64,000 nucleotides of DNA from a virus: IMG/VR virus record IMGVR_UViG_3300015171_000001, positions 1 to 64,000 of that record. One strand, given 5' to 3'. The notes under the pieces were generated by a model. The model was not told the origin of the DNA and searched no databases. It worked only from the letters and a program-made list of their open reading frames with translations. A program made the position numbers and the translations under genes. Shown piece by piece: positions 45,872 to 56,192 of the stretch (the first letter of the stretch is position 1; each line of letters opens with the position of its first letter).

Positions 45872-48800
45872 TGAGTTTTATTAATCAAATAGGCAGTGGT
45901 AGTTTATATTCATTTTTAGACGAATCTGATTTAGATTTTATCCAAAATGGACAGTATGTACCAGAATTTGGCACGTATGAAAATGATGTTTTAGAGTGCT
46001 CTATTTTTGATTACAACAATAATTTATTATCTTGGAGTGTTGATTATCCATCTAACAATTTTACAGAAATAAATACAATCTACAATGGAACAGATGGTGT
46101 TAATTATCCTTTAAATTATAAATTATTTAAAGGATATTTTCAAAATAGCGATGGAAATTTGTTAATAAATCCAGTGTTTTTCTTACAACAAAATAATCTT
46201 CCACAAGGGGATTATAAAATAAAGTTTTTTCCGACAAAAAACTTTTTGGGGAGTGATGTATCTAATGAAAAATTAAAAGTTATTTCTATAAATAATAATG
46301 GAACACAAGTAAATTGCGTCCCTAATACATCATATAATGCTACTTCTTCTGAAGAAATAAATTTCAATAAACAATATAACGATTTTATTCAAAATAAAAT
46401 ATATGTTAAATATATTTCTCAAGAAATTATAAATCAAATAAATTCTCCTGAATTAAATCAAAATTATCAATCTGTTAAAAAATCAAACCAAAACATATTT
46501 AATGAGATTTCTCTAAATTACGCTTTTATAAATGATTCTGCCTATTATAATTTCATATTCAATGTTTATTCAATAATTTCAAATTACTATCAGTATTTTA
46601 TTTTATCAAATTATGATTCTGTATTCTTTTATGATGAAATAAAAAATGTATTTTATAATTATATAATTTCTACAATTAATTCCTCATTAAATCAAATAAG
46701 ATCTACATTAACTCCATATTTTCAAAAAAATCACGATCAATATGTAAATTTCTTTTTTAATATTTTTGCACCAACTATTGATTTTGATTCTATTTTTGAA
46801 AATTATTCTTCTAACTTTTTTGGAATATTTAAATATTCTTTAAATTTTGGAAATGATAATATCTACCCATATTTAAATTTCACAACAATTCCGCAGGATA
46901 ATAATCACACAATTATTTCTTTCTTAATAGAACCTTCTATTTTAAATGATATTTCTATTGGAGATTATTGTTGGATAATAAATAATGTAGCACTCCCTAT
47001 TGAGCAAGAATATTTAATTTATGGTTCTTCTCCAGATACATTAAATTATTTACAGGGACCAAATCTCCAATTAAAAACACAAATTTTTGGAAGTTCTACT
47101 AAACAATTAAGTTATTCCCAATTAACAAAAAATCAATCTTCTTTACAAAAGATAAATTCTTATTTTTCACAATCTCTTCAAATTGGAAAAATTAATGTAG
47201 ATTATAGATATTTTGAGAATTTTATTAATTTTTCTAGTGCTCAACAAAGATTAAATAATTATAATTATAAATTAACAACAATTTCTCAATTATCAGAAGA
47301 ACAAAATACTTTATTAATAGAGGCAAATAATAATTTAGACATATATTATCAATCAGAATCTATTGATTTAAATACTAAAACCCAAACTGTACTAAATAGT
47401 TTCGATGGTTATGAGAATTTTTTATATCAAAATCCAAATTGGTATGATATACATAGTTCTCAAGTTGGGGCTGGGGCGAATTCTTATACATCAGCATCAT
47501 TATATGATTCATTTAATAATAATAATTTATTAGTGAGTACTCCTGAATTCATAAGGAGCAATTCAGATAATCAAGATTATTTAACGTTTGTTCAAATGAT
47601 CGGACAATTTTTTGATCAAATTTGGTTACATATTAAAGAAATGCCTTCATTAAAATATCCAGAAAATAATGATGATTTGGGAATTTCAAAAGAACTTATT
47701 TGGAACATACTTTCGTCATTTGGGTTTGAATTAGATTCTGGATTTAATGATACTGATTTATTGTTAAGTATTTTGGGACAAGATGGAGATGGAAATACTA
47801 TAGAGACGACTCCAAGTCAAGATAGAACAAAAACAATTTGGAGAAGAATATTAGCATGTCTCCCATATATGTTAAAAACAAAAGGTTCTCAGGAATGTAT
47901 TAAATACTTACTGTCTTGTTATGGAATCCCAGATGGACTTTTTAGAATTAGAGAATTTTCTGGATTGAGAAATTCATATATTCAAACAAATGATTCCAAT
48001 TTTATATTTGATTCTGGAGATTTTTCATTGAGATTTATTTCTGGAAGTGAATATTTGAGTCTTCCATTTTATTCTGGGTCACAAACAGTAGAAATGAAAT
48101 TTGCATTTGATACTTCAAAAAATTATATTTCTGGGTCACAATATCAATTATTTTCAGGAGATGACACTTGGGCATGTGGGTTAATTAGAGATGTTGGAAC
48201 ATATTGGGGAAGAGGATATTTTACTATTCAATATTCTGGAAGTTATTTATCTGCTATAACTGATAAAGTTCCGGTTTTTAATGGAGATACATTTTCATTT
48301 GTATTTAGAAAATATGATAAAAATATTTATTTTGATCCAACACAAACAACCAGTTCAATTGATTTAATACCATTGCAATATGAAATTATTGTCACAAATA
48401 ATCAAGAGGACTCAATAAATTTTGATCAAAGAGCTTCTGTTATTTTGAGCAGTTCTTATAATACTACATTTAAAAGTGCATCAATATTATATTTTGGAAA
48501 TTATAATTCACCGGCATCTTTTTATGGAAATGTAGAACAAATAAAAGTGTGGAAAAGATTTATTCCAGACGACAGAATTGCTTCTCATGTAATGTTTAAT
48601 GATTCTTATGATAGTGATGATTATACAACAAATGTGTCTGATTTATTAGTAAATTTAAATTTTATCAATCCTACAAATTTATATACATCAAGCAACGTAT
48701 CATATATTCAAAACGAATCCTATAATCAAAATTTTGTAACATATATTACTGCTTCTAATTTTCCAGATTTAGATATAAATTCACAATCATTGTCAGATTG

Positions 48801-49986
48801 TAAATGTGATACAATTGATACTATAATCTCCGCATCATTTCCATGGCAATTTTCGGAAAAGATTGTAACAAATTATGCATCTGTTCCAAGTTTTGGTTCT
48901 CCAATCTATTCAAATTCAAAAATAAGATTGGGTTCACAAAGTTTAGTGGCACCATTGTCTCCTACAGAACGAGCTACAGAAAGATCAATAACATTATATC
49001 AAAATGATACAAATAAAGTGGGAGTATATTTCTCTCCAATAGATTTGGTAAATGATGATATTTTAAAATTCTTCGGAAATTTAGACTTATCAGATATTAT
49101 AGGAACTCCTGCAAATGTTTATGACAGACAATATACTCAATTAAAATCTTTTATATTGTCTTATTTTAAATATGGATCGTTGAGTTTTGATAATATTTTT
49201 TATATAAATGTCGTAAAATCTTATTTTGATAAAAGCATATTCAAACAAATTGAGAAATTAGTTCCCGCAAAATCCAAATTAATCACTGGTCTTTTAATTG
49301 AGCCACATATTTTGGAAAGACCAAAAATAAAATATAGTCCTCCAATTGTTTTATTAGAAAACAATTTTGCATCTAGTTTAAATGTAAAACCTGCCCCAAA
49401 ATCTTCATTATTTCCAAGATTGTCAGATACAGTATCATTTAATTTTGGGGTAAAAGAAAATGCAATGAACATATCTGGACTAATATCACAAACAGGAAAT
49501 TCTTCATTTGAAAATAATTACTTTACATATATTGAGGATGATCCGTTATTATTTAAAACATATACACAAAATGGATTACTAATTTCTTTAGAAAAAACAG
49601 ATGTGTATTACACAACAAAATATTATAAATTGGAATTATTTAATAAAAAATTTAGTAAAGCCTCTGATAATGGAGACGGAACATTTTCGACATCTTCTAA
49701 AAATATTAAAAAATTAAATTTAATACCCATTTCTTCAATAGATTCATTTAATTCTACTCCATTAACATTTTCCGACTCAATTATATACAAAGGATCAAAT
49801 ACAAATCACTCTAGATATAGAAGAAGAATATTTAAAAGTATAAGTAGGCAAGACTCAACTACCACAATAGATCCAACAAGTGGAATCGAAAATGGTTCTT
49901 TGCCAATAGTCTCCACACAAGTAGATAGTGGAACGCTTTCGGTAGGAAATCAAAATTCTGGAGTTATTTTAAATACAAATAGCTAA
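45871..49986 (+). CDS. Large baseplate/tail protein with gpI-like segment and LamG-like domain
   Basis: LPYMLKTKGSQECIKYLLSCYG (P2 gpI-like KG motif); FYGNVEQIKVW (LamG-like); operon context. Confidence 0.65.
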   Translation: MSFINQIGSGSLYSFLDESDLDFIQNGQYVPEFGTYENDVLECSIFDYNNNLLSWSVDYPSNNFTEINTIYNGTDGVNYPLNYKLFKGYFQNSDGNLLINPVFFLQQNNLPQGDYKIKFFPTKNFLGSDVSNEKLKVISINNNGTQVNCVPNTSYNATSSEEINFNKQYNDFIQNKIYVKYISQEIINQINSPELNQNYQSVKKSNQNIFNEISLNYAFINDSAYYNFIFNVYSIISNYYQYFILSNYDSVFFYDEIKNVFYNYIISTINSSLNQIRSTLTPYFQKNHDQYVNFFFNIFAPTIDFDSIFENYSSNFFGIFKYSLNFGNDNIYPYLNFTTIPQDNNHTIISFLIEPSILNDISIGDYCWIINNVALPIEQEYLIYGSSPDTLNYLQGPNLQLKTQIFGSSTKQLSYSQLTKNQSSLQKINSYFSQSLQIGKINVDYRYFENFINFSSAQQRLNNYNYKLTTISQLSEEQNTLLIEANNNLDIYYQSESIDLNTKTQTVLNSFDGYENFLYQNPNWYDIHSSQVGAGANSYTSASLYDSFNNNNLLVSTPEFIRSNSDNQDYLTFVQMIGQFFDQIWLHIKEMPSLKYPENNDDLGISKELIWNILSSFGFELDSGFNDTDLLLSILGQDGDGNTIETTPSQDRTKTIWRRILACLPYMLKTKGSQECIKYLLSCYGIPDGLFRIREFSGLRNSYIQTNDSNFIFDSGDFSLRFISGSEYLSLPFYSGSQTVEMKFAFDTSKNYISGSQYQLFSGDDTWACGLIRDVGTYWGRGYFTIQYSGSYLSAITDKVPVFNGDTFSFVFRKYDKNIYFDPTQTTSSIDLIPLQYEIIVTNNQEDSINFDQRASVILSSSYNTTFKSASILYFGNYNSPASFYGNVEQIKVWKRFIPDDRIASHVMFNDSYDSDDYTTNVSDLLVNLNFINPTNLYTSSNVSYIQNESYNQNFVTYITASNFPDLDINSQSLSDCKCDTIDTIISASFPWQFSEKIVTNYASVPSFGSPIYSNSKIRLGSQSLVAPLSPTERATERSITLYQNDTNKVGVYFSPIDLVNDDILKFFGNLDLSDIIGTPANVYDRQYTQLKSFILSYFKYGSLSFDNIFYINVVKSYFDKSIFKQIEKLVPAKSKLITGLLIEPHILERPKIKYSPPIVLLENNFASSLNVKPAPKSSLFPRLSDTVSFNFGVKENAMNISGLISQTGNSSFENNYFTYIEDDPLLFKTYTQNGLLISLEKTDVYYTTKYYKLELFNKKFSKASDNGDGTFSTSSKNIKKLNLIPISSIDSFNSTPLTFSDSIIYKGSNTNHSRYRRRIFKSISRQDSTTTIDPTSGIENGSLPIVSTQVDSGTLSVGNQNSGVILNTNS

Positions 49987-50031
49987 TTTTTATAAAATTT
50001 AATAGTTATGTATAATCATTAAGAAAAAATT

Positions 50032-50682
50032 ATGGCATTTTTAGACAATCAAACAATAAGCGTAAACGCAATTTTAACAAAAAAAGGCAGAGAACTGCTT
50101 GCCTCTCAAGGTGCGTTGAATATCACATCATTTGCTTTGGCAGACGATGAGATTGATTATTCATTATATGACCCAAATCATCCAAATGGATCTTCTTACT
50201 ACGATGTTGCCATAAGAAACACTCCTATTCAAGAGCCATTCTCAGATGAGACTCAAGTTCTAAAATTTAAATTGGTGACTTTACCTTCTGGCGTAACTAG
50301 CATCCCAATAATAACATTAGATAGAAGTTCTATTATTGTAAATATTAATAATTATAGTGGACAATTCACAATTACGCCTTCCACAAATCCTTCTTATAAT
50401 ACAACGCTCGGATATACTGCGATATTATCAAATAAAAATGCCGGAACAATTGTTGGACAAAATTTACCAAATACCAATGCAACAGTTCCTAGTTTTATTG
50501 GAGATGCCGAATCTACTACAGCACAGGTTGCTATTGGATTAAGTTTTATTTTCATACCTAATACGTCTATTACAACAAATATTACCACACGATTAACCAT
50601 AATTGGGAATGAAAGTGGGGGAAATGTATCTATTCCAATTACTGTATATAATAATACACTACCATCTTCATTACTAAACTAA
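50032..50682 (+). CDS. Baseplate/tail-collar structural protein
   Basis: AILTKKGRELLA...NITSFALADDEIDY. Confidence 0.65.
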   Translation: MAFLDNQTISVNAILTKKGRELLASQGALNITSFALADDEIDYSLYDPNHPNGSSYYDVAIRNTPIQEPFSDETQVLKFKLVTLPSGVTSIPIITLDRSSIIVNINNYSGQFTITPSTNPSYNTTLGYTAILSNKNAGTIVGQNLPNTNATVPSFIGDAESTTAQVAIGLSFIFIPNTSITTNITTRLTIIGNESGGNVSIPITVYNNTLPSSLLN

Positions 50683-50683
50683 T

Positions 50684-51769
50684 ATGAGTACAAGCTTTAT
50701 TTTCAAAGATTTTCAATCCACAGATGTAGTTACTGGGAGAATACAAAGTGTGTCCAATCCATTGTGGACATCTGGAGATTTTGAATTAAATAATTTTTAT
50801 ACTTCTAGTATACAAACAATTATTACTGGCGCAAATGCATTAGAACCATTATCTGGTTTATATTATTTAAATGTATATGATTCCGATCCAAATATAGATC
50901 CAACAGCAGAGATTCAATTTTCTATTTCTTATGGGAATCAAGTCGGTTCTGGTAGTTTTTCTTCTGTAAATTCGGCATCAATTTATCCCACACAAACAAT
51001 TTATACACAGTATAAAAACATCATATTATCTCCAAATGAAAGTCAATTTACATTTGCAACCGCCAGTTTTAATAATGGAATTGCATCTCAAGATATTTAT
51101 GTGATAAGTATTTCTGGAAATAGATATAAAGAAAATTTTGATGCTGGTCAGTTCCAATTTGCTTTATATGGAAATAATGGAATTTCATATTTCATCGACG
51201 ATTCCTCTCAATCTACTCAAAATGGAGTATCTACAAATAATGTATTTAATATTGTTTCTGGAACATTAGACGATGGAATTTATCTACAAAATGGAAGTTC
51301 TAGCTTATATGCCGGATTGGTGTATCCAACAATTGGAACTATTATTTTATATCCAAAGGCTTTGGGTGATATTGTTGGATCAAATTTATATCCAAATACA
51401 AGTTCAAATGCAACACAATTAAATCAATATAGATTATTTTCAGCAATTTCGAATGTATTTTCAACAAATTCCGGCTCATTTATCGCAAGATCAACCGAAT
51501 ATATTCCATCTGAACAATATTTTATAAGAGCGGGAAATCAAGAATTTAATTATAGCAATAATCCAACATTTGTGTTGTCAAATCAAACAAATCAATCATT
51601 AAATGGGCAATTATTGTTTACTAGTTTTTATACAGATCCACATACATATGTGACTACTGTTGGATTATATGATGCAAATAATGACTTGGTTGCAGTCGCT
51701 AAATTAAGTCAGCCTATTGAAAAAACTTTTGAGAATGAATTATTAATAAAGGTAAAATTAAACTTTTGA
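50684..51769 (+). CDS. Baseplate/tail-collar structural protein
   Basis: C-terminal EFNYSNNP...YVTTVGLYD.NNDLVAVAKLSQP, shared with 52302. Confidence 0.65.
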   Translation: MSTSFIFKDFQSTDVVTGRIQSVSNPLWTSGDFELNNFYTSSIQTIITGANALEPLSGLYYLNVYDSDPNIDPTAEIQFSISYGNQVGSGSFSSVNSASIYPTQTIYTQYKNIILSPNESQFTFATASFNNGIASQDIYVISISGNRYKENFDAGQFQFALYGNNGISYFIDDSSQSTQNGVSTNNVFNIVSGTLDDGIYLQNGSSSLYAGLVYPTIGTIILYPKALGDIVGSNLYPNTSSNATQLNQYRLFSAISNVFSTNSGSFIARSTEYIPSEQYFIRAGNQEFNYSNNPTFVLSNQTNQSLNGQLLFTSFYTDPHTYVTTVGLYDANNDLVAVAKLSQPIEKTFENELLIKVKLNF

Positions 51770-51775
51770 TGAAAA

Positions 51776-52165
51776 ATGTCTTTATATCCTACTCCGACTC
51801 CCGATCCATTTTTAATTTTAACATCAACTGTGCCATTACAGCCTGATTATATTCCAGTACCTGCATATTTCACTTATCCAACACCAACAGCAAGTCCTAC
51901 ATCACCACCAGATTGTGGTCCATTTACTAATTCTTTATATCCATCATTCTCATACTTAATAAGTTCATCAACAGTAACATTTATTAATACGACAATATCC
52001 AATACGAAAATATCTGGATATAATTGGGATTTTGCAGATGGATTCACTGGCTATGTAAAAAATCCCACGCATAAATATGCAACTCCAGGAACTTATAATG
52101 TAAATCTAACAGAAATGACAATTACTGGATTAACAGCATCCTTTACTCAATCTTTGACTATATAA
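51776..52165 (+). CDS. PKD-domain protein with Pro/Thr linker
   Basis: VTFINT...YNWDFADG...NPTHKYATPGTYNVNLT. Confidence 0.8.
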   Translation: MSLYPTPTPDPFLILTSTVPLQPDYIPVPAYFTYPTPTASPTSPPDCGPFTNSLYPSFSYLISSSTVTFINTTISNTKISGYNWDFADGFTGYVKNPTHKYATPGTYNVNLTEMTITGLTASFTQSLTI

Positions 52166-52170
52166 ATTAT

Positions 52171-52302
52171 ATGATTAAGCCTATAAAGCAATCCAATATA
52201 ACTGTAAATCAATTTAAAGTATTTAAAAATTGGCACATTTATACAATTCCAAATACGTTATATACCGGATCATTATTAGTTAATACAACCAATAGTAATT
52301 AA
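52171..52302 (+). CDS. 43-aa ORF, probably the detached N-terminus of the next gene
   Basis: MIKPIKQSNITVNQFKVFKNWHIYTIPNTLYTGSLLVNTTNSN*; TAATG overlap with 52302. Confidence 0.55.
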   Translation: MIKPIKQSNITVNQFKVFKNWHIYTIPNTLYTGSLLVNTTNSN

Positions 52303-55300
52303 TGTCTCCGAATATACCACAATTTGTTTATATAGATTCTAGAGATGTAACACAAGATGTAAAAATTCTTGAGGGGATTTCTGGTTCTGGAACATTTTTT
52401 GAAACAATAGATAAGAGATATAATTCATTAAAGAATCCAATTAATTGGGACAACTCTTATAAACGGATTATTTATAGTACATACAAACATATGTTTTATG
52501 AATATATAAATCAACCCGATTATCTATTTGGAGTTGAAAGAGATAATGATGGGCCTGATGGACAATTTGAAGTAAGAAATATAAATGATAGAATTACTGT
52601 TTTAAAACTTCCTCAACCATTATTTGGAGAAACTATTGTCCCAAATACTGTTAAAATAAATGATAGATCAAATTTAAGTACAGAATTAAATATTACAGAT
52701 GATGGATATAGTAATTTAATATTTTCGACACAAAGTATTATTACTACAGGATCTTTTGTTGGAAATAATTTTAACAATATTGAGGAAATTAATGCCGAAA
52801 TAAATCCAGAAATTTATTTAGACCCGCAATATAGAAAATATGATCCAGTGAATGAAAGATATGGATATGCCGTTTCTTCTTGGGATAATTACTTATTAGT
52901 TGGGTCTCCTATGGACACAAATAGTTTTTGTAGTTCTAAAACAGGAAAGGCCGATTTATTAAAATTTGATATAATTGAACAACAATATAGATACATAAAA
53001 ACATTTTATAATATCTATACACAAAATGGATTTGCAACAGAAGAATCTAGTGATGGATCTGAATTATTCATAAATGAATTTGGAGAATTTTTAACAGAAA
53101 ACACATCATCTGTAAATGATAGATTTGGCCAATCAGTATCAATAAATGAATCATTTTCAGCTATTGGATCTTTAGAAAATTGTGGGTGTAATTTTAATGA
53201 TCAATGCGGAGCGGTATTCATTTATGATAAATATAAAGGAGGGGCTGATAATTGGGGATTAATTAATTTATATGTTGGAGAATCAATTGGGGATCAATTT
53301 GGATATTCAGTATCTATTACTGATGATTGGTTGGCGGTGGGTGCTCCATATTTTAGTGGGTCTGGGGCAGTGTATATTTTCAAAAAGGAAATTATTGGAC
53401 AAACAATACCAACAAGTTCTATAACAAGAACATTTCAAAATGAACTTTATAGTATAATAAATTGTCCACCAACACTAATCGACGAAATTACTGATGAAGA
53501 TTTAATAGACGAATTACAATATACAGGTCCATCAGGATCTATTAATGATAACAGTTATCAATTTTATCAAAGAATTCCATCTCCAAATAATTTATCAAAT
53601 GATTGTTTTGGAGGAAGTTTGCAATTAAGTGGAAGTATTTTAGTTGTTGGAAATTGTAAAATTAATCCAACTGGAGATGTCAAACTTTTCCATTTAAATC
53701 AACTAGGAACCGGCTCATATTATGGAACCGGATCATGGGATTTATTTCAATCCATAACAGGATCAATTACACAAACAGGAAATGTTAATTTCTTTAGTTC
53801 ATCAATTGTTCCAGTAACACACTCGCTACAATATTTTGGAAATGCGGTTTGTCTAAATAATAATTTATTATTCATAGGTTCTCCTAGTGACAAATGGTAT
53901 TATGAATATCAAGGAGCAACAACATTATATAAATCTGGCGCAGTTTATATTTATCAATATAATTTATCATCCTCGTATAATTTTGTTGATAAAATATTTG
54001 CAAATGAAATAGATTCAAGAACAGATGAATTTGGTTGTTCAATAGATTCTAAAAATAATTTAGTGGCAATTGGAGCGTTAATAGGAGATCAAATAATTTC
54101 GGCATCATATGTGCCAACATCTTCTGGAACAGGATCTTTTATTATACAACACTACCAAGATTATGCTCAAAGTATAGACGATATTAACCATGTTAATGGA
54201 AAGGCATATTTTTATGAAATACAGACTTTTCTTGGAAATTATTCAGAATTAATTCCACTACAAAATGTTAAAGAAAATAAATTATATGCTGCTCCAAAAC
54301 GACAATATGGGTGGAGCGTAGCTGTTTCGGATAATGGTTATGCTTTTATCGGAGATCCTTTATTTTCCTATCAAAATCCAACAAGTTCTGCTTTTTATGA
54401 TCAAAACATATTAAGAAATAATTATCCATATTTTTATTCTGGGTCTGTATTCGCATATAATCTAAACTCATTAACCGGATCAATAAATTCCAATATTTTA
54501 GGAAATGTTTTTTATAAAAATGGAATTATAACCATAACAGCAACTGGATCGAATATAAATAATACAATAAATCCCGCACAAAGTAGATTTGGATTTGATA
54601 TTGAATATGTTTCTCAGCACACTATAAATGAATACGAAATTATTTGTCCCGTAGAAATTGGAGAATTTAATGTATCTACAAATCCATCATCAGTTATTAG
54701 ATCTAGAATTTTATTTGACGTAAATAACGATGGGGTATTTGATGAAAAAGATTTAGATTTAATTTTAAGATTCATAAATAAATTAATTCAATATAATTCA
54801 CAAACATTAAATAATTCTAGTTTTGAAGATGAAAATGGATTTATATTGGAACAATCAGAAGATTGGTGGAATCCATCGGTATTAATTACGGAAAATATCG
54901 ATGTTATATATGTTAATTCTATTTTACAATCCTTGCCTTCACAAGAAGATTTTATTATTGATTCGGAGATTAATCAATCCACATATGATTATTTGATATT
55001 TTTATTTAATTCTGGATATTTGGATTTAAATGGAGACAATACGGTTAATTCTAAAGATATGGCTATATTGATTAATTATTTTTATTCCAATTTTGATTTT
55101 AAAGGAATTAGAAATAATATAGGATCTTTAAAAAATGCGACTACTATTATTACCAATTTAAATCAATATACTGGTAAAAATAATGGGATTTATATAGATG
55201 GGAATTTTTTAAATTATGCAGAATCGGCATCTATAGACAAAACCGGAAGTTATTTGGCTCCATATGTTACGACAGTTGGCTTATATTCAAACTACGAATT

Positions 55301-55382
55301 GGTTGCAGTGGCTAAATTGGCCAAGCCTTATAAAATAACTTCGGAATTTCCAATAAATTTTCGTATTACTTTTGATTTTTAA
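52302..55382 (+). CDS. Virion protein with FG-GAP beta-propeller and dockerin-like Ca-binding motifs
   Basis: Repeats such as DQFGYSVSITDDWLAVGAPY; DVNNDGVFDEKD and DLNGDNTVNSKD; C-terminal YVTTVGLY...LVAVAKL. Confidence 0.75.
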   Translation: MSPNIPQFVYIDSRDVTQDVKILEGISGSGTFFETIDKRYNSLKNPINWDNSYKRIIYSTYKHMFYEYINQPDYLFGVERDNDGPDGQFEVRNINDRITVLKLPQPLFGETIVPNTVKINDRSNLSTELNITDDGYSNLIFSTQSIITTGSFVGNNFNNIEEINAEINPEIYLDPQYRKYDPVNERYGYAVSSWDNYLLVGSPMDTNSFCSSKTGKADLLKFDIIEQQYRYIKTFYNIYTQNGFATEESSDGSELFINEFGEFLTENTSSVNDRFGQSVSINESFSAIGSLENCGCNFNDQCGAVFIYDKYKGGADNWGLINLYVGESIGDQFGYSVSITDDWLAVGAPYFSGSGAVYIFKKEIIGQTIPTSSITRTFQNELYSIINCPPTLIDEITDEDLIDELQYTGPSGSINDNSYQFYQRIPSPNNLSNDCFGGSLQLSGSILVVGNCKINPTGDVKLFHLNQLGTGSYYGTGSWDLFQSITGSITQTGNVNFFSSSIVPVTHSLQYFGNAVCLNNNLLFIGSPSDKWYYEYQGATTLYKSGAVYIYQYNLSSSYNFVDKIFANEIDSRTDEFGCSIDSKNNLVAIGALIGDQIISASYVPTSSGTGSFIIQHYQDYAQSIDDINHVNGKAYFYEIQTFLGNYSELIPLQNVKENKLYAAPKRQYGWSVAVSDNGYAFIGDPLFSYQNPTSSAFYDQNILRNNYPYFYSGSVFAYNLNSLTGSINSNILGNVFYKNGIITITATGSNINNTINPAQSRFGFDIEYVSQHTINEYEIICPVEIGEFNVSTNPSSVIRSRILFDVNNDGVFDEKDLDLILRFINKLIQYNSQTLNNSSFEDENGFILEQSEDWWNPSVLITENIDVIYVNSILQSLPSQEDFIIDSEINQSTYDYLIFLFNSGYLDLNGDNTVNSKDMAILINYFYSNFDFKGIRNNIGSLKNATTIITNLNQYTGKNNGIYIDGNFLNYAESASIDKTGSYLAPYVTTVGLYSNYELVAVAKLAKPYKITSEFPINFRITFDF

Positions 55383-55406
55383 TTTTATATTTATATTTAT
55401 TATATT

Positions 55407-55631
55407 ATGGCAGACAATACCTTTAACAGACCTTCATTAACAACTAATCTCGTTGCAAGATATAATAATCTTGGGGGGAAATATGATCCAATGGCCGTAC
55501 ACTTTTTCCAAAGTGTTTTTGCACAAGGATTTACATTAAATGAGACGACAACTGAATTTACATTTCAGGCATCAACATATGCTCCAACAGGGAACGAAAT
55601 TACACCATATTATGTAGGTGTAAATGCATAA
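55407..55631 (+). CDS. Small hypothetical protein
   Basis: 74-aa ORF; TATTTAT-6-ATG; TAATG-coupled to the RuvC-like gene. Confidence 0.65.
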   Translation: MADNTFNRPSLTTNLVARYNNLGGKYDPMAVHFFQSVFAQGFTLNETTTEFTFQASTYAPTGNEITPYYVGVNA

Positions 55632-56146
55632 TGATATTTTTAGGACTAGATTTATCCACTACAACATGTGGATGGGCGTTTACTGAAAACAATTCTTTAA
55701 ATAATAAAAATATATTGGATTGTGGATTTTTAGATATATCCAAATTTTCTTCACATAAAGAAAAAGCAGAATTTATAATTTCTGAATTAGATAAAAAAAG
55801 TATTGTTTTTGATGAAATAAATTTAGAAGCTGCATTGGGTGGTTGGTCTGGTGGGGGTGGTAATATGCAAACAGTTATAAAATTAGCAAGATGGAATGCT
55901 GTATTTGAATATATTCTTTCCGAAAATTATAATATAAAAATAAATTTATCTAATGCTGTTACAATGCGAAAACAAATTTTAGGAAAATGTTTTATAAAAG
56001 GGGTTAAACCAAAAGATTTTGTTAAAGAACACCTTGAAAAAATGTACGATTTAAATAAATGGCTTATTTTAAATAAAAAAGGAAATGAAGACAAAAGAAT
56101 GTCAGACATCAGAGACGCTATAATTTGTTCGTTGTATCGACCATGA
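55631..56146 (+). CDS. RuvC-like Holliday junction resolvase
   Basis: FLGLDLSTTTCGW, NLE, DIRDAI. Confidence 0.82.
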   Translation: MIFLGLDLSTTTCGWAFTENNSLNNKNILDCGFLDISKFSSHKEKAEFIISELDKKSIVFDEINLEAALGGWSGGGGNMQTVIKLARWNAVFEYILSENYNIKINLSNAVTMRKQILGKCFIKGVKPKDFVKEHLEKMYDLNKWLILNKKGNEDKRMSDIRDAIICSLYRP

Positions 56147-56192
56147 CTTAATATAAGTTTATTTTATTTGGAACCTCGTCTATTATTTATAG

